Of a stretch of DNA of 64,000 nucleotides, positions 1 through 13,500 are shown piece by piece. Positions within the stretch are counted from its first letter, which is position 1; each line of letters starts with the position of its first letter. The stretch spans positions 1,798,001 to 1,862,000 of the forward strand of contig CM068769.1 of assembly GCA_035084275.1 (NCBI GenBank), in the 5' to 3' direction. The notes under the pieces were generated by a model. It did not search any database. It saw only the letters and a program-made list of their open reading frames with translations, and was not told where the DNA came from. Made by a program: the position numbers and the translations under genes. This DNA is from Hydrolagus colliei. Lineage: Eukaryota.

Positions 1-1606
1 CTCACTGACATCCCAAACTTGCTTCAAGAACAGGAACCGATTGCTCTTACACTGCGCAATACAACAATGAATGTGTGTGTGCGTGGTGGAAGTGGGGTGG
101 GGTCAGAAAATCCTCCAAATCGGTTCCTGTTAACCCTACAATCAAAGCGCAGCATGCAGGATTTTCATAGTAAAAATACAACAACAAAAATTTTAATTGA
201 ATTTGCTCCCTCGAAGTCGTAGGGCGTCCCAGAGCGCTTCACATTAACAGATGCTGGGCTCGAGCCAGGTGCAGCGCGAGAAAGGCGAAGGCATGGTCGA
301 AGAGGCAGGTTTTCAGCCGAGACCTCAAGTTAGATTGACAGGGGGCGAGGCGAATGGAGTGAGGAAGGGAGATCCAGAGCCTCGGGATGCAGTGGCTGAA
401 GGCGATTTAACATCTTCTCAAAAACGTCTCATAGCGCTTCACAGAATATACTGTTAAGTGAATTGACGTTATATTTGTCGGCGAAACGCAGCGTCAATTG
501 CACACAGCAGCGTCCATACATAGAGTCGTCGATTGTAATGACCGATTTCATTATTATGGTTTTTAAATAGTTACTAAATCTTCCTGAAGTGCAACCGGCT
601 GATCGATTACCAACCAGCGGTCGCTAAATGCATGGCAACAAGAGTAATTTGGAAGATGCAAATTTGCCCAAATTTTATTATTGATAGTTATCAAATCAGA
701 GGTATTCTCTCCGAAATATTTCTCCTAACAATAGGTCAATTCTGTTTACAGTATATTCTGTGAAGCGCTCTGAGATGTAATTGAAATGTGAAAAGCGATA
801 CATCAAAATTGCAAGGGTTATTAGTATATTATCAGACCCTTGCCTCACTTTCCATTCTACACAGATGCTACGTGAGCTGTTTGATATTCCCAGCGATCTC
901 CGTATTTGTTCCCGTTTAAATTATCTTTCGCTGACAAAGCATTAAGGTCAACACAATGTGTCGTTGAAGTTTGTACAATTAACAATCATTTGGACCAGCG
1001 GCTCGAAATTAGTTTGCCAATAGCAAAGCTGTTGAGAAAATGATACATCTCAAAAAAGCTACACATGCTACTATGTGATATCGAAAAGCGGTGGACAAGA
1101 TATAGTGTGATATATGGTGACATAGATTTATGTGATCTATCAGCCGACTCGCAGATAACTCAATTTACAGTTTATTAACTGAAGCACGTTGAGTCGTCGG
1201 GCAACAACAACCAAATTACATATGTACAGCGTCTTGCACGTCAGGAGAAAGTCCCAAGTCTCAGAACAGTTGCTGCTTTAGAAACCAGCTGACGAAGGGG
1301 TGGGAAGCGGGGAGCGGAGGAGGTGTTACCGATGCGTATATCGAAGAGGACAGTATTGGAGGAAAACTCCAAGGAGACGAGGGAGACGCGATAATGCCCT
1401 CGTAACAAAATTAAAGATTAGTTTTGCTCTTGTTTCCTCTACTCTTTCCCTATATATACCATTCTATCACTTTTGCGCTTGTGGTTTGGAAATTTAGTCA
1501 CGTGTTTCCTGTGAGAGACAGACCAGCAAATTTACAAGTAGCGAAAAAGGTCAACTGTCAGTAGTGACATCTGTGCTGTGATTAAACCCATTAACTCCTC
1601 TTTGTA

Positions 1607-2583
1607 AATTTATGTACGGTGGTGTAGCCTGAAGGTAACACTGTGCGAGTGATCACCACAATAGTATGTGGCTGAATCAGATAGAGCCACAGCCAGCACA
1701 GTTACACTGCATGTCTTGCTGCTCGTGTCCAAACTAGTGGTAAAAAGAGCTTCAGCATATTCAGCTCTGAACGTGGCTCTATCGTAAGCATGTCTCAAAG
1801 TCTACAGTGGTGGCTGGCCTGGATAATGACGGTACCAGTACATCAAACATGGATGAAACCAGCAGAGTTTTTCCATCTCAGGGTCACAGTCTGGCCTTCA
1901 GTGACTGACACTTCCCTCTGTGATGGTTCAACAACATCTCCATTCGCTGTCGCTGTTGCCAGGAAGAATATGTTAGAACAAAAAGAAAAATTGCTACATT
2001 GATCTAACGCCATTCACGTCTGTAGGACGTCCCAAGGCGCTGAACCGATAGGACGGGACCGGAGCGGGAGGGAGGGGTGTGGTGGTTCAGTGTAGGGGGA
2101 ATGATAGTAAGTGAGCGTGGAGAGTAAGGAGGGGGAGCACAAGGCATATTCGACGAGCAATTTATTGAGACCGGCCTTGAAGTAGGAACGGGAGGAAGTG
2201 AGGCGAAGGGATTGCGGGTTGACGTTCCACAGTTTGCGGGCAGAGAGCCTGAAAACCCGTCCACCGATGGTAGGGCGATTCGGGCGGGGAACGTGGAGCC
2301 GGCCAGAGCCCGCTGAATGGAGTGGACGAGTAGATTCGCACGGAGACAGCAGGTCGGTGTGAAAGGCTGGGGCAAGTTTGTGAATGGCCTTAAAAGTGAG
2401 GACGATGATCTTGAATTTGACCCTCTGGGTGATGGGGTGCCAGTGGGGACGGGCAAAGGTGAGAGCGATGAGATTGCAAACACCAGAGATACATCCAGAA
2501 TTTGTTGCAATAGCGAGAGTAGGTTACTTACATCCAGGGACCAATAACATTGAAATGAGCAAAGCAATGTGTTTACTCTCCAT
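1607..2583 (-). pseudogene. TCR alpha/delta-type V pseudogene V1 (family A): leader 2532-2583, V exon 1646-1952, 23-RSS 1607-1645
   Basis: Leader MESKHIALLISMLLVPG followed by GTAAGT. V exon reads TANGDVVEPSQREVSVTEGQTVTLRWKNSAGFIHV, then a frameshift, then YWYRHYPGQPPL*TLRHAYD...LSDSATYYCGDH. RSS is CACAGTG, 23 nt, ACATAAATT. Cys23 is Trp. An L2 fragment lies in the intron. Confidence 0.92.
2015..2505 (-). mobile_element. L2 3' fragment in the V1 leader intron
   Basis: L2 3' sequence and tail. The paralogous V4 intron is only 90 bp. Confidence 0.82.
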
Positions 2584-3236
2584 GTGTCCAAGCGATGAAT
2601 CAACCGATTCGACGGGAGCAGTTGAGATTATTGGTTGTGTCGGATTTGTGCCTGGAAGCAGAGTGATGTACCTCTGTATCAGATGACAGTAATTTCAAAC
2701 CCCACCACCGGATTTGTGAACTCTGTTTGATGAGTTGACGAACCATCACCTTGGGACAGACAACTACCAATCTAAATTGCTTCTTATTGTTCTAACGCAA
2801 TGCTGGCAGTTTAGTGCATTGTGAAATGCTATAGATTTGTAGTTAGAATAATCAGATCAAAAGCGAGACCCAAAGTAGTGCACTTTAATTACGTTTTTTG
2901 GTGGAACATTTTGCTAATAATAGCAATAATAACAATCCTTTTTCATTTTAATAATCCTACCCCTAATATGATTATTAGGGGTAGGATTATTAAATAGGAT
3001 TATTAATAATAATCCAATTTTTATCATTGTGTTTTTTTTTAACGGATTATGATTTGGCGTGTGTGTGGAGTAAGGAAACTCACTCAAACTTTCGCTCTGA
3101 TCTGCCTGGATTCGATCACATGTCTCACACTTGTAAGGCAAGTGCTCTCTCTAACCACCGAGAAACAGAAGCTCCACTGTTTCAGAATGGAACGTGATAG
3201 GTTCTGTTAGACGCAGATCATGTGATGGGTGTCTTT

Positions 3237-3256
3237 AGTGCGCCATTTGCTGGTGG
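3237..3256 (-). promoter_or_regulatory. CTCF-like motif upstream of V1
   Basis: Minus strand CCACCAGCAAATGGCGCACT. Confidence 0.5.
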
Positions 3257-4406
3257 TTTAGATCTACAATGTCTTTACAATTATAGACATTTGAAAGCAA
3301 AATTGTTTGAACTGTCCTAACATTTCATTGCGATGTGCACTACTATTGAAAACACAATTGATAGACAGGTGAGTGTGACAGCATTCCCAAGAAACCATAA
3401 TCGATTAGGTTTTTTATGTGATAGAGTAAGTATTATATGTAATAATTATCGTTAGGTTTGAGAATTTGCCATATCACAATTTAATTCGCTTTGAAGAGAT
3501 TTAGAACAGGAGAATGTAATTGAATTAACTTCATATTGTTTGGGCGAAAAACGGTAGAACACGTAGGTCATCAGTGTCCTCATTCTCTGAGAGACTAATT
3601 TATTATTAGTTTGAGCTAATCACTTATTATTACTTTATGGTGTCTTATAGCTCATTCCATAGAGCACACGCATTTGAAGCAAGAAAATTGACTTCACTTC
3701 TAGACAAGGGGAAAGGTTTGTGAAGTTTCCTTACTCCACACAGCTAATACTAATAATCCCTTGAAAATAACAACAATACATTGATCGTTTCAATCCACGA
3801 GAGTTTGTTCCAGATTTGCTTTGTTCAAATGGCTGCCGCGTTTCACACACAAAATATACAATCAATTCGCTTTACTTTATCTGCTTTGTAAAGCAGCTTC
3901 AGGCGTTTAATGGACGCGAAGAAAGCTACATCGATGCGAGGATTATTACTAGTAGAGTCGTGTTATAGGGAAGCATTTAGGCGGAAGGAATGAGGAAGGG
4001 AATTTCAGAGTCAGTCATCGATTCAGTGACCAGCTTTTTGTGGGGAAATAGTTATTTTGAAATAATTACTACTCAGAGTAAAGGGATGCACCAGTCGATA
4101 ATCATCCCTGATACAACTTACTGCTAGCTATATATCGGTGTGTGTAGAAAGAAAACTTGCCTAAGGTTTTGCCATGTCCAGCCCTGCAATCAAACGCTTG
4201 TCTCTCTTTTGTGAGACGAGTGATCTAACCCACTGAGGTTCTTGTATCCCCAGTTCATCTCCTGAACAAGTGATCAAAGGCTTGTCTTGTCTTGAGTGCG
4301 TGTCTCTGCTGATGGTGACTACTATTTTTGCCTCATCCTACAGTGTTAAACTATAGGGTCATCGAAAGAATGCATAGCACACACTGTTATAGATACAGTG
4401 CAAGGC

Positions 4407-4749
4407 AGTTTTTGTACCAGGCTGCCGTGCAGTCTATCACTGTGGTGAGAGAAGTACACGGCGCTGTCAGACACCTGCAGCTCAGATATGGTTAAACTGG
4501 TGGAAGTATTGGATTTGTGAATCTCAGCAGTGAATCGATTGCCAACCCCTGTGCCTGTCACTGGATTATCATTGCCAGTAGAATATCTCCGAACTATAAA
4601 CTCTGGCTGGCTGTGTGGGAAATGTCTGTACCAGTAAAGATAGTAATTGACTCCAGTATTTGGATACGTAAAATCTACATTTGCAGTTACTCCTTCTTTC
4701 TGAACCTGCGCAGCAGCTTTGTAACTGATATTGTCGCCAGCCCAGAGAT
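4407..4749 (-). pseudogene. TCR V pseudogene V2 (family B): V exon 4445-4749 plus RSS with 22-nt spacer
   Basis: Acceptor TTATAG, then DLWAGDNISYKAAAQVQKEGVTANVDFTY...YLYWYRHFPHSQPEFIV...TISELQVSDSAVYF. Cys23 is Phe and the Cys104 codon region is deleted relative to V3. RSS is CACAGTG (4438-4444), 22 nt, ACAAAAACT (4407-4415). Leader not located. Confidence 0.9.
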
Positions 4750-5477
4750 CTATAATAGAAAAAGAAGAGTAGGTCCATACATTATCCACTGTTTGACTCA
4801 ATTTGTTTTTTTCTGAGCTTGGGAAATTATCTCGACTTTAACGGTATTATGAATAAGTCATTTGATAATAATACAATGATACTAGTTATTGAATGATAGT
4901 GAGAACATGATTAATTTGTTGTTGTTGTCCGAATTTGCTGCTATCAAGCTAATTACAAAATATTATTGTGGGCGATACAACACAACCAAACATGCCCAGC
5001 AGTGTTTCACACACAACCGCGATTGAGCAGCAATATAAATAAGAACACTAATCCTTAGATTTGATACCGCGGTTTTCACGTCCACTAGACCTCTCAAAGC
5101 GCTTCACAGAATATACTGCAAAGTGAATTGAAGGTAAATTATTGGGAGAAACGCGGCATGAGTTTGCGCACAAACAGTGTCCCCGCAAACATTCGTGATT
5201 GAAATGACCAAATTTTATTCTTGCGTGATTTTGTTGGGGAACGGATTATTGATAAGCGTATGGAGTACAGTTACTTGCCTAATGTTTCGCCTTGAAACAC
5301 TTGGATACGAACACAATTTGATAGCTTTTGATAGCGCCCCCAGCTTGGAGGGCGCTTTACAAATCGAAGTTACTGTTGTTATCACTTGAAACAGGAAGCG
5401 GCTTTCAAATCTGCCAACGAAGTCAGTTACAGAAAGCAAATTTGGCAAATTAAGTCTTTTGTTGTGAACGTATCATT

Positions 5478-5497
5478 GCTGCGCCATCTGCTGGTTG
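5478..5497 (-). promoter_or_regulatory. CTCF-like motif upstream of V2
   Basis: Minus strand CAACCAGCAGATGGCGCAGC, a close match to the CTCF core. Confidence 0.6.
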
Positions 5498-6087
5498 ACT
5501 ATCGCTACAACAAGTCTATAATTTGTGACATTTCTGTTCAATGTTACCATTCCTGTTGATGAATCAAGTTTGAGTTTTTTTAGAAAAAAAACTATTTTCG
5601 TCTTATTTTCGTTATACGCACACATGTGCGTATAACGGGACTCCCGTGAAGCACGAGGTTATTTACACGTGAGTAACAATACTGTGTGTAATAACATTAA
5701 TAATCCCGCATTTCAAATCGTTCAATTTCTCAAGTTTTATTTCAAGTGGCCGCAAATCGCTTTCAGAAGATTGTATTGACAATGAATTGACTTCGGCACT
5801 TCAGAGTTCCAATGGTTTGAGTGATCCATTCAACATTTGTGCAGTAATAATTTTAAACATGCACTATTGGTTTTGAAGCGTGTATTGTCCCAGTAAATTG
5901 GTATGCCAAGCGACTATCAAGTGAGTCGCTTGGTTTTAGAACAGAGGCATGTGTGTTAACGAAAGAATGTTCTGCTCTACCATGACTAAACCCAGGTATT
6001 CTCTTTTGCAAGGCAATCACTAACCACTGAGACAAAGGCCCCAGTATTTGGGACACTGTACCGCACAAACGCTGATCTGCTGCCAAC

Positions 6088-8196
6088 TAGGGAACGGCGA
6101 TTAATCGGTTTTTCGATTAAACCCGATATGATTTTCAGATCGGTATGCCGAAATAGTGATTCTAAAAAAACTGTTATATCGAGAGATTCGATTTTAAAAA
6201 TATACATCGATATATTGTTAATATCGTTCCTGGCAATATATCAATATTGTTGGTATTATCAGTGTAATGCGATCTTTTCCAGCTTACCTTGTCGCCGGCA
6301 TTGCAACCTCCTAGATCTAGAGCATGGAATGCGCGTACATTCGGTGCGCGCGCACAACTAACGGGCGCGCACATCCGATGCGCGCGCACACTTTACTTTG
6401 TATACTCGACGTGAGTCGTGGCGTCTTAGCAAATTCGCATCGCTGAAAATTGTAGTTTGAAAATTTACCTTTCTCATCATGGGGAAAAGAAGCCCCGTAT
6501 GGGACTACTTTGAAAACAATGCAGTCAGTAATGGTGTCTATAGATGCACAATTTGCAAGGTCTTGGTTAAGACATCTGATTCGCGCACGAGCAACCTGCG
6601 ACATCACATTAAGCAGCACCACCCCGCCCAGCACGCTGCCCGCAGAGCGAAATCATTGTCGACAACAGAACGAAGTCGAACCAGCGCTTCGGAGGAAGCG
6701 ACAGGTAGTGGGGCCAGTACAGCTCAAACAATTCCTGCTTTATTTAAGAGGAGAACATTGTACCAGAGAGGGGACAAAAAGTGGCAAAGTATCACGAACG
6801 CTGTCACTTTTTGCATAGCAAAGGAGAGCTTGCCAATGGCGAAGGACATTAATTCAGACTTCAGACTTCGTAACAATAAGTGGCATTTTGTGGCTGTAAG
6901 TGTTATTTTCGTGTGTGAGAGAGTTAGAAGCGAGATTATCACTGCTTCTACGTGTGTGTCTACTCAGACACACACAGTAGTGATAATCTGGCTTCTAACT
7001 CTAACAGTCAGACTGTCTGTCTCTCTCTTTTGTATTGTAATAGATCTAATTTACACGTGGACATTACATGCTAGTTTCAAGCAAGAAATGGAGGAGAACA
7101 AATCTCTAGATTTTGTTTTTGGTGTGTGTGTGTTCTATTTTGTGTTTAGAGATGGAGGGAGAGAAGTAGAGGGGGATGGTTGGGAGAGAAGGAGAGAGGA
7201 AGAGAGGAGAGGGAGGGAGAGAATGAGAGGGGGAAAGGAGGGAGAGAAAGAACGAGGGGAAAGGAGGGGGAGGAGAGAGGCGAGGGAGGGAGAGAATGAG
7301 AGGGGGAAAGTTGGGAGAGAAGGAGAGAGGAAGAGAGGAAAGGGAGGGAGGGAGAGAAGGAGAGGGGAAAGGAGGGAGAGAAGGAGCGAGGGGAAAGGAG
7401 GGAGAGAAGGAGAGAGGGGAGGGAGGGAGAGGGGGAAAGTTGGGAGAGAAGGATAGAGGAGGAGAGGGAGGGAGAGAAGGAGAGGGGGAAAGGAGGGAGA
7501 GAAGGAGCGAGGGGACAGGAGGGAGAGAAGGAGATAAGGGAGGGAGGGAGGGACAGAAGGAGAGAGGGGAGGGAGAGAAGGAGAGAGGGGAGGGAGGGAG
7601 AGAAGGAGAGAGGAGAGGAGGGAGAGAAGGAGAGAGGAGAGGAGGGAGAGAAGGAGAGAGGAGAGGAGGGAGAGAAGGAGAGAGGAGGAGAGGGAGGGAG
7701 AGAAGGAGAGGGGGAAATGAGGGAGAGAAGGAGCGAGGGGACAGGAGGGAGAGAAGGAGATAAGGGAGGGAGGGAGGGACAGAAGGAGAGAGGGGAGGTA
7801 GAGAAGGAGAGAGGGGAGGGAGGGAGAGAAGGAGAGAGGAGAGGAGGGAGAGAAGGAGAGAGGAGAGGAGGGAGAGAAGGAGAGAGGGAGGTAGGGAGCA
7901 AACAACATCGTATAATTCAACAGACCTTGATACCAACATTACAAACTTTCTGGACCTAGAGCACGCATTTCGAAATGTGCGTGTACCGCGACTGCGTGCG
8001 CATCGTCAGTGCGGACGCACCGTCAATACGCGCGCACCGCGACTGAGCGCGCACCATGAATGCGCGCTCACCTTAAATCCATGCGCACTTCGAATGCACG
8101 CGCATGCGCAGTATAAAATCTCGATAGATCGGTTTAAGCAGGTATGAGCAAACGGATATATCCATATCTGGAAAAATCCCATATCGCCGTTCCCTA
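6088..8196 (+). mobile_element. Non-autonomous, internally deleted hAT (Ac/ZBED1-like) DNA transposon with BED zinc finger remnant
   Basis: Perfect 14-bp TIR TAGGGAACGGCGAT at both ends. Perfect 8-bp TSD CTGCCAAC (6080-6087 and 8197-8204). GCGCGCAC-rich subterminal repeats. ORF from 6479 MGKRSPVWDYF...CTICK...TSNLRHHIKQHH is a BED finger. No catalytic domain. Confidence 0.93.
7150..7900 (+). repeat. Polypurine (GGAGGGAGAGAAGGAGAG-like) composite minisatellite inside the hAT element
   Basis: Almost pure G/A strand built from ~20-nt units, with a larger block near 7500 repeated near 7725. It accounts for the spurious low-complexity ORFs at 7106-7959. Confidence 0.9.
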
Positions 8197-9094
8197 CTGC
8201 CAACTATGCAAAATAATTGAGAAAATGTTGCGTCATTGAGCACTATACATGATATCCGGTGAAGTGTAAGTGAATCTATTTTTCAGGCTCTTTCACAACG
8301 AACTCACTTGATAATATTCAATGTAGTACATTGAGGCGTCTCTCAGCCGTAATAAGGTTCTGTGTCAAATAAAATAGTTATTATTATTATTAATTCCACT
8401 CTTACTCGACATGAACCACCCTATCACTTCTTCTGCTTGTGGTTGTACATCAGTCACGTATTTCCTCTGAATTACATCGGCAGGGACAACAGATTGTCAA
8501 ACAGGGCAAAATTCAGTCCAGGCTTCTTTGCAGAGATTAAACCATTTCTCTCCTAATAGCAGATTAATGTAAAGTGGGCCAGGCTGACAGCAGTCTGATT
8601 GTAACATGGCTTGTGTGATCGCTTGGTAACACGTGGTTGTGTTAGAAGCAGCCAAATTGACAGTCACCCTATTCAGATTGTAACGTATAATTAAGTGAGA
8701 GTTTAGCTGACAAGCTGATGGGAGGGGAATGTGATTTCTTCTGAGTCTGGCTGCTGAAGTTTCTGCTCCACGGAGGGCTTCAAGGGCTGACCAAGATTCC
8801 GCTCACATTTCAAACCGACGGATCGTCCCCCATTTATAAAATGAAGACAGTTTTTGTACGGGCCCTGCAGTGTAGTCAACCACAGTGGGGAGACTAAAGG
8901 CACAGTGATACACTGCGCTGTCAGATACCAACAGCTCAGAGATGGATAAACTGGTGGAAAAACTAAATGTCTGTAGTTGAGCTGAGAAGCGGTTTCCAAA
9001 TCCTGTGCCTTTGACTGGATTGCCACCCATAGGATATTTCGGGACTACAAACTCTGGGTGTTTGACTGGGTAATGTCTGTACCAGAAGAGATAG

Positions 9095-12000
9095 CAAGCC
9101 CGTACGCATGGAGGGTGCGACGGGTGCGTGTACGCACCCCCCAAATTATAAAAGGTCCACATTTTCCGGGGTAGATAATTGTATTTTTTATCAAATTTAA
9201 ATACCAAGTAAATTTATTGAACATTTGATTAACAATCAGTTCTTCAAAACTATGTATAAATTAAAAACACACATCTTTGAATGATTTATTATTAATATAA
9301 AATTATCGAGTCGCACACCAGAATCGGCGTCTACCCAAAACATACCGCGTCGATAGACCAGTCTATGACGCGGCGAGTCTGTGACTCGTGATTGGATAAA
9401 CATAGGCGCGCGCCAAGTCTCAAATCCATCCTCGTTTGGAAATCATCCCGTATACAGCCACAAGGGCAGCACCACTACTGGAAGTTAAATCATCTTTTCA
9501 TCTGATCACCGTAAGTAAAAAATACTCAAGTTTTGAGAGGTGTGACTGTAATGCTAGCAAACAATGACAACATATTTACAAGCTTCTGAGAAATTAAAGC
9601 TTTTGAGAACCCAACAAAAAAGTTATATGTGTCTGGACGGGAATGCCTATCTTTAAAAAAAATACGCATGGACGTAGGCCTATGCTTTAGCGCCTATTCC
9701 ACGTGGTGTGTCAATCGTAAATCATCCCGTATACAGTCACTACATAAAAAGGTAGCACCACTTTGTGGAAGCTGAAATCGTATTTTAATCTGATAAATGT
9801 AATTAAAAATGACTTAATTTTGATAGGCGTGTTTCTGAAATATCATGTTTCTTGTTTTCTCTTGATTATCACATTTGATTTATATTATTAAAAATGTATC
9901 CCTGCAATAAAAAATGCTTTTAGAGACGTCCACTGGGGTGCAAAAAACATATGGCCGCAAAGATAAACAGTGCGACTTTATTTCACATTCAGTTTTGTAC
10001 CCAGAGTGAAAAAACATCAATGTCGCACGAATTTGGCATAAAAATAGTTTCACCATCATATGATCGAGCGAACTCGGGCATTGACAACCAATGCAATTGA
10101 AAAACTTGATGTTGCATATAAATACCATCTCTTGACAAGCCACTTCATCCCATCTGAAGATTACATTTTCCCGTCACGGTTCCTTCACCATTGTCAGCGC
10201 CAGTTCAAGATGAGATACTTGCGAGATTATAAATGGATGGTCTAGAGTCCTTCATTAGATGCTGCCTTTTGCATGCACTGTGCACTGATGGTCCAAGCAA
10301 GTGAGAGGAAACGGATGGGGGCATTTGTTAATACACCCTTTACCATGTTTTACAAACTTAACGAGAAGGCAAAGGAACATTAACGAAATGTTTACCACGT
10401 AAATTCTATGATTAGATCGGCATCAATGCGCGACTCTGTTGCGAACCCACAACATAAGATAGACATTCGTTTGGTCGATGAAAAGAAGAAAAACATTGAA
10501 ATAAATCGACACATCCTAAGAACAGTTGCCGAAGCTGTATTATTCTGTGGACTTCAGTGCATTGCACTTAGAGGAGATAACGAAACAGTCGTGGAAATTA
10601 ACACCGTTACGAGTGACGGCACACATTACAAAGGTAATCCGGGAAACTTTCTGGCAGCCCTACAGATGATTGCGAAGCATGACGAGGTTCTTCGACATCA
10701 CCTTGCTAGTATTGTGCTCGCAAATAGGAATTGTAAATATACCTCACCTAGAATACAGAACGATATCATCACAATCATCAGCCATGATATAATCCGCAGT
10801 GATTTGTTTGATGAAATCAAAGCCGCTCGATGGTTTAGCGTACTTGCTGATGAGGTAACTAGCAGCAACCAAGAGGAGCTCGCCCTTTGTTTCCGTTTCG
10901 TTGACAGAAATAAAGATATCAGGAAGGAATTTCTGTCTTGTCTTAAATTGCCAAGGATCACCGGTGAAGTCATCGCCAGTACCATTTTGGACTTTCTAAA
11001 GATGACGGGACTTAATGCTGCTAACATCTGTGGACAAGGTTATGACGGAGCTGCAAACATGTCCAGCGATAATGTTGCTGTTCAGCGACGAATAAAACAG
11101 CAGTCACCAAAAGCTGTATACATTCATTGTAGTGGTCATTGCCTAAATTTGGTAATAGCGCATTCATGCTCCCTCCCCTGCACAAAAAACACAATTGACA
11201 AGCTAAAGGCTGTTGGTTCTTCCTGGCAAGCCCACAGCGCAATGGTCTCCTGCAATCGATTATTAGAAAGGCTTTGCCAGAGCTAACAAAACATCGAAAG
11301 GGGCTTCTTGACTTGTGCAAGACACGATGGGCTGCCAGACACGAGACATATACTCATTTCTATCAGGCATATACCTACATCATTACAGCATTGGAGAATA
11401 TTGCTCATTGTGCCAACGTCGAATCATGTGGCATAGATTTTAGTGAAGCTAGTTGGGATCCAAAGAGTCGCTGTGATGCAGCATCTCTATTGGCAAGTAT
11501 CACTTCCTTCGACTTCATTGTGACATTTCTTACGATCTATCACTTCTTGTCACATCTCGCTGGCATAACAGTAAAATTGCAAGGGCAGACTGTAGACATC
11601 ATCAAGGCTTCCAATGAGATCTCAACCGTGAAAGCAGTATACAAAGCGCTCTGCGATGACGTAGAAGTCGAATTTTCAAGAAAGTATAAGCAAGCTGTTA
11701 GAATGGCTAATGCTGTCAACGTCATGCCATCCATGCCACGGACTGTTGGTCGGCAGACCATGCGTTGTAACGTGCCTGCAGCTACACCTGAGGAGCATTA
11801 TCGTCGAAACGTTGCGATTCCATTCCTAAGCCACATCCATTCTGAGCTTGGCTCACAGTTTTCCGATTTATCGGTGCTTTCATCAAGGCTATTGGTATCA
11901 GTCCCGTCAGTGTTATGTGGGGATGATGTACCATCACTCGAAGGGGTAGTTGAATTAGACTCAGAAGATATGCACTCACCGGAATTGTTCCCACAATAAT

Positions 12001-13083
12001 TATTCAGATGGAAACACAGATTCCTAGCATTATCCTCTGACAGCAGCAACAGCAATGACGGAGTGTGATGATGACATGTTCCCTAATATATATGTGCTTC
12101 TAAGATTGTGTTGCACTATTCCTGCAACAAGTTGCGAATGTGAACGAAGTGCAATTACTTTACGCAGATTACACAGCTACCTACGAGCAAGCATGACGCA
12201 AGAACGACTTTCAGCACTCGCGTTAATGCACATTCATTATCATATGGAAATCGATATTGATAGAGTGGTTGACGTATTCGCTTCAAAGCAACCAAGGCGT
12301 CTCGAATATGGAACGCTATTAAATAATTAATTTCCCCTCCCTTATTTTTCCAAGTATTTTTTCTTCAGATCAGTATTGCTTCATGGGTCACTTCCTTTAA
12401 TTTTGATTCTAAATAAATAAATAAAAACTAACTACACTATTGCTCACAGTTCAACGATATTTTCCGGATAATGCCGATAACAGGCTTGTAGCACGTGTGA
12501 ATTAAATGTTTTACACTGATTTTCAGTTTCTGTATATTTTCTTGTCTTTTAACAAATTTGCTTTGCTGGAATATCTGAGCACATAATTCATACTTTACTC
12601 TTACATTATTGTTCATTACAGTCCGAAAGATATTTAGTCTTAGGATAACAATGCAGAACAACTTATTAATTACTGTCAATCTGTAATTTATGATCATTTT
12701 CTCTATACGCAAACATTTATCAAGCATTCGTCATTCTACTGTGTTAATTGGATTGTAATTTACTTTATCGTTCGCATTCCTTACATCATCGAGTCAACAA
12801 TCGTGTTTGCTTTTATCGGCGAACACATTCGACCTTCCCAATTAGACACGGACTACCGGGGAAAATAAAAACAGTGAATAAATAATGATGCTCTTAAACA
12901 CCAAGGGCATGAAACATTTAACGTTCGTATTGGATCTTCTGAATCTATTACATAAGACCTCAAACTGTGTAAAACGTCGGAGCGTCGAGGGGGCTTCGGG
13001 GGCAGCCCGCAAGCCTCCGGCCATTGTTGGTCCCATCACTAACAATTCGCACCTCACCAACAAAAATCCTGCGTACGGCTCTG
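9095..13083 (+). mobile_element. Full-length hAT transposon (ZMYM1/THAP12-like, hAT19/Zaphod type), decayed
   Basis: Imperfect TIRs CAAGCCCGTACGCATG and CAGAGCCGTACGCAGG. Duplicated target GATAG (9090-9094, 13084-13088), extendable to GATAG(C/T)AA. Internal transposase remnants. Confidence 0.9.
10150..12330 (+). pseudogene. hAT transposase pseudogene (TTF-type zinc finger, DUF4371-like region, C-terminal hAT dimerisation domain)
   Basis: FPSR...YKWMV*SPSLDAAFCMHC; ORF 10408-11286 (ALRGD, GNFLA, YTSPRIQND, FSVLADE, GQGYDGAANMS, YIHCSGHCLNL); ORF 11274-11999 (LCKTRWAARH); ORF 12055-12330 (ATSCECERSAITLRRLHSYLRASMTQERLSALALMHI). Stops and frameshifts lie between the pieces. Confidence 0.93.
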
Positions 13084-13214
13084 GATAGTAACTTTTTGCA
13101 GTGGTGGAGTATGTGCAAAACATATCGACATTATCTCCTTCTTTCTTAACCACCATGGCAGCTTTCTTACAGACAAAATCGGCGCAACAGAGTTGTGTAT
13201 TAAACGAGAGAAAG

Positions 13215-13500
13215 CATAGCTGAACATTCATAGAATCATAAAATCTTAAGGCATTAAAGAGGCCATTCAGACCATCGAGTCTGTGCCGGCTCTTTGAAAA
13301 GAGCAATACAATCCCATTCCACATCTCTCTCTATCTCCCTATTACTGTGCAATACTGTCCTCCACAATGAAACATCTTCCTCTCTTTTAAAAGATACTTT
13401 TGCATTGGCCTCCCCACCATTTCAGGCAATGCATTCCAGATCCCAACAACGCGATGAATGAAAAAACGTTTCCTCAACTCCCCTCTACTTCTTTTAGAAA
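13215..13500 (-). mobile_element. CR1 3'-end fragment upstream of the V3 exon
   Basis: CATAGAATCATA...GGCCATTC...TCTGTGCCGGCTCTTTGAAAAGAGC is shared with the other CR1 copies. Confidence 0.8.

Larger units (their letters stand above)
8849..13194 (-). pseudogene. TCR V pseudogene V3 (family B), split in CDR1 by a 4-kb hAT transposon; 23-RSS 8849-8887
   Basis: Removing 9095-13083 plus one copy of the target duplication gives an open frame: LCCADFVCKKAAMVVKKEGDNVDMFCTYSTTAKSYYLFWYRHYPVKHPEFVV...ISELLVSDSAVYHCAFSL. RSS is CACTGTG, 23 nt, ACAAAAACT. The acceptor aligns as AC instead of AG at 13195-13196. Confidence 0.92.

Noticed and set aside
7106-7959. Long ORFs of 155-277 aa on both strands
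   Set aside because: They are translations of the G/A minisatellite, not genes.
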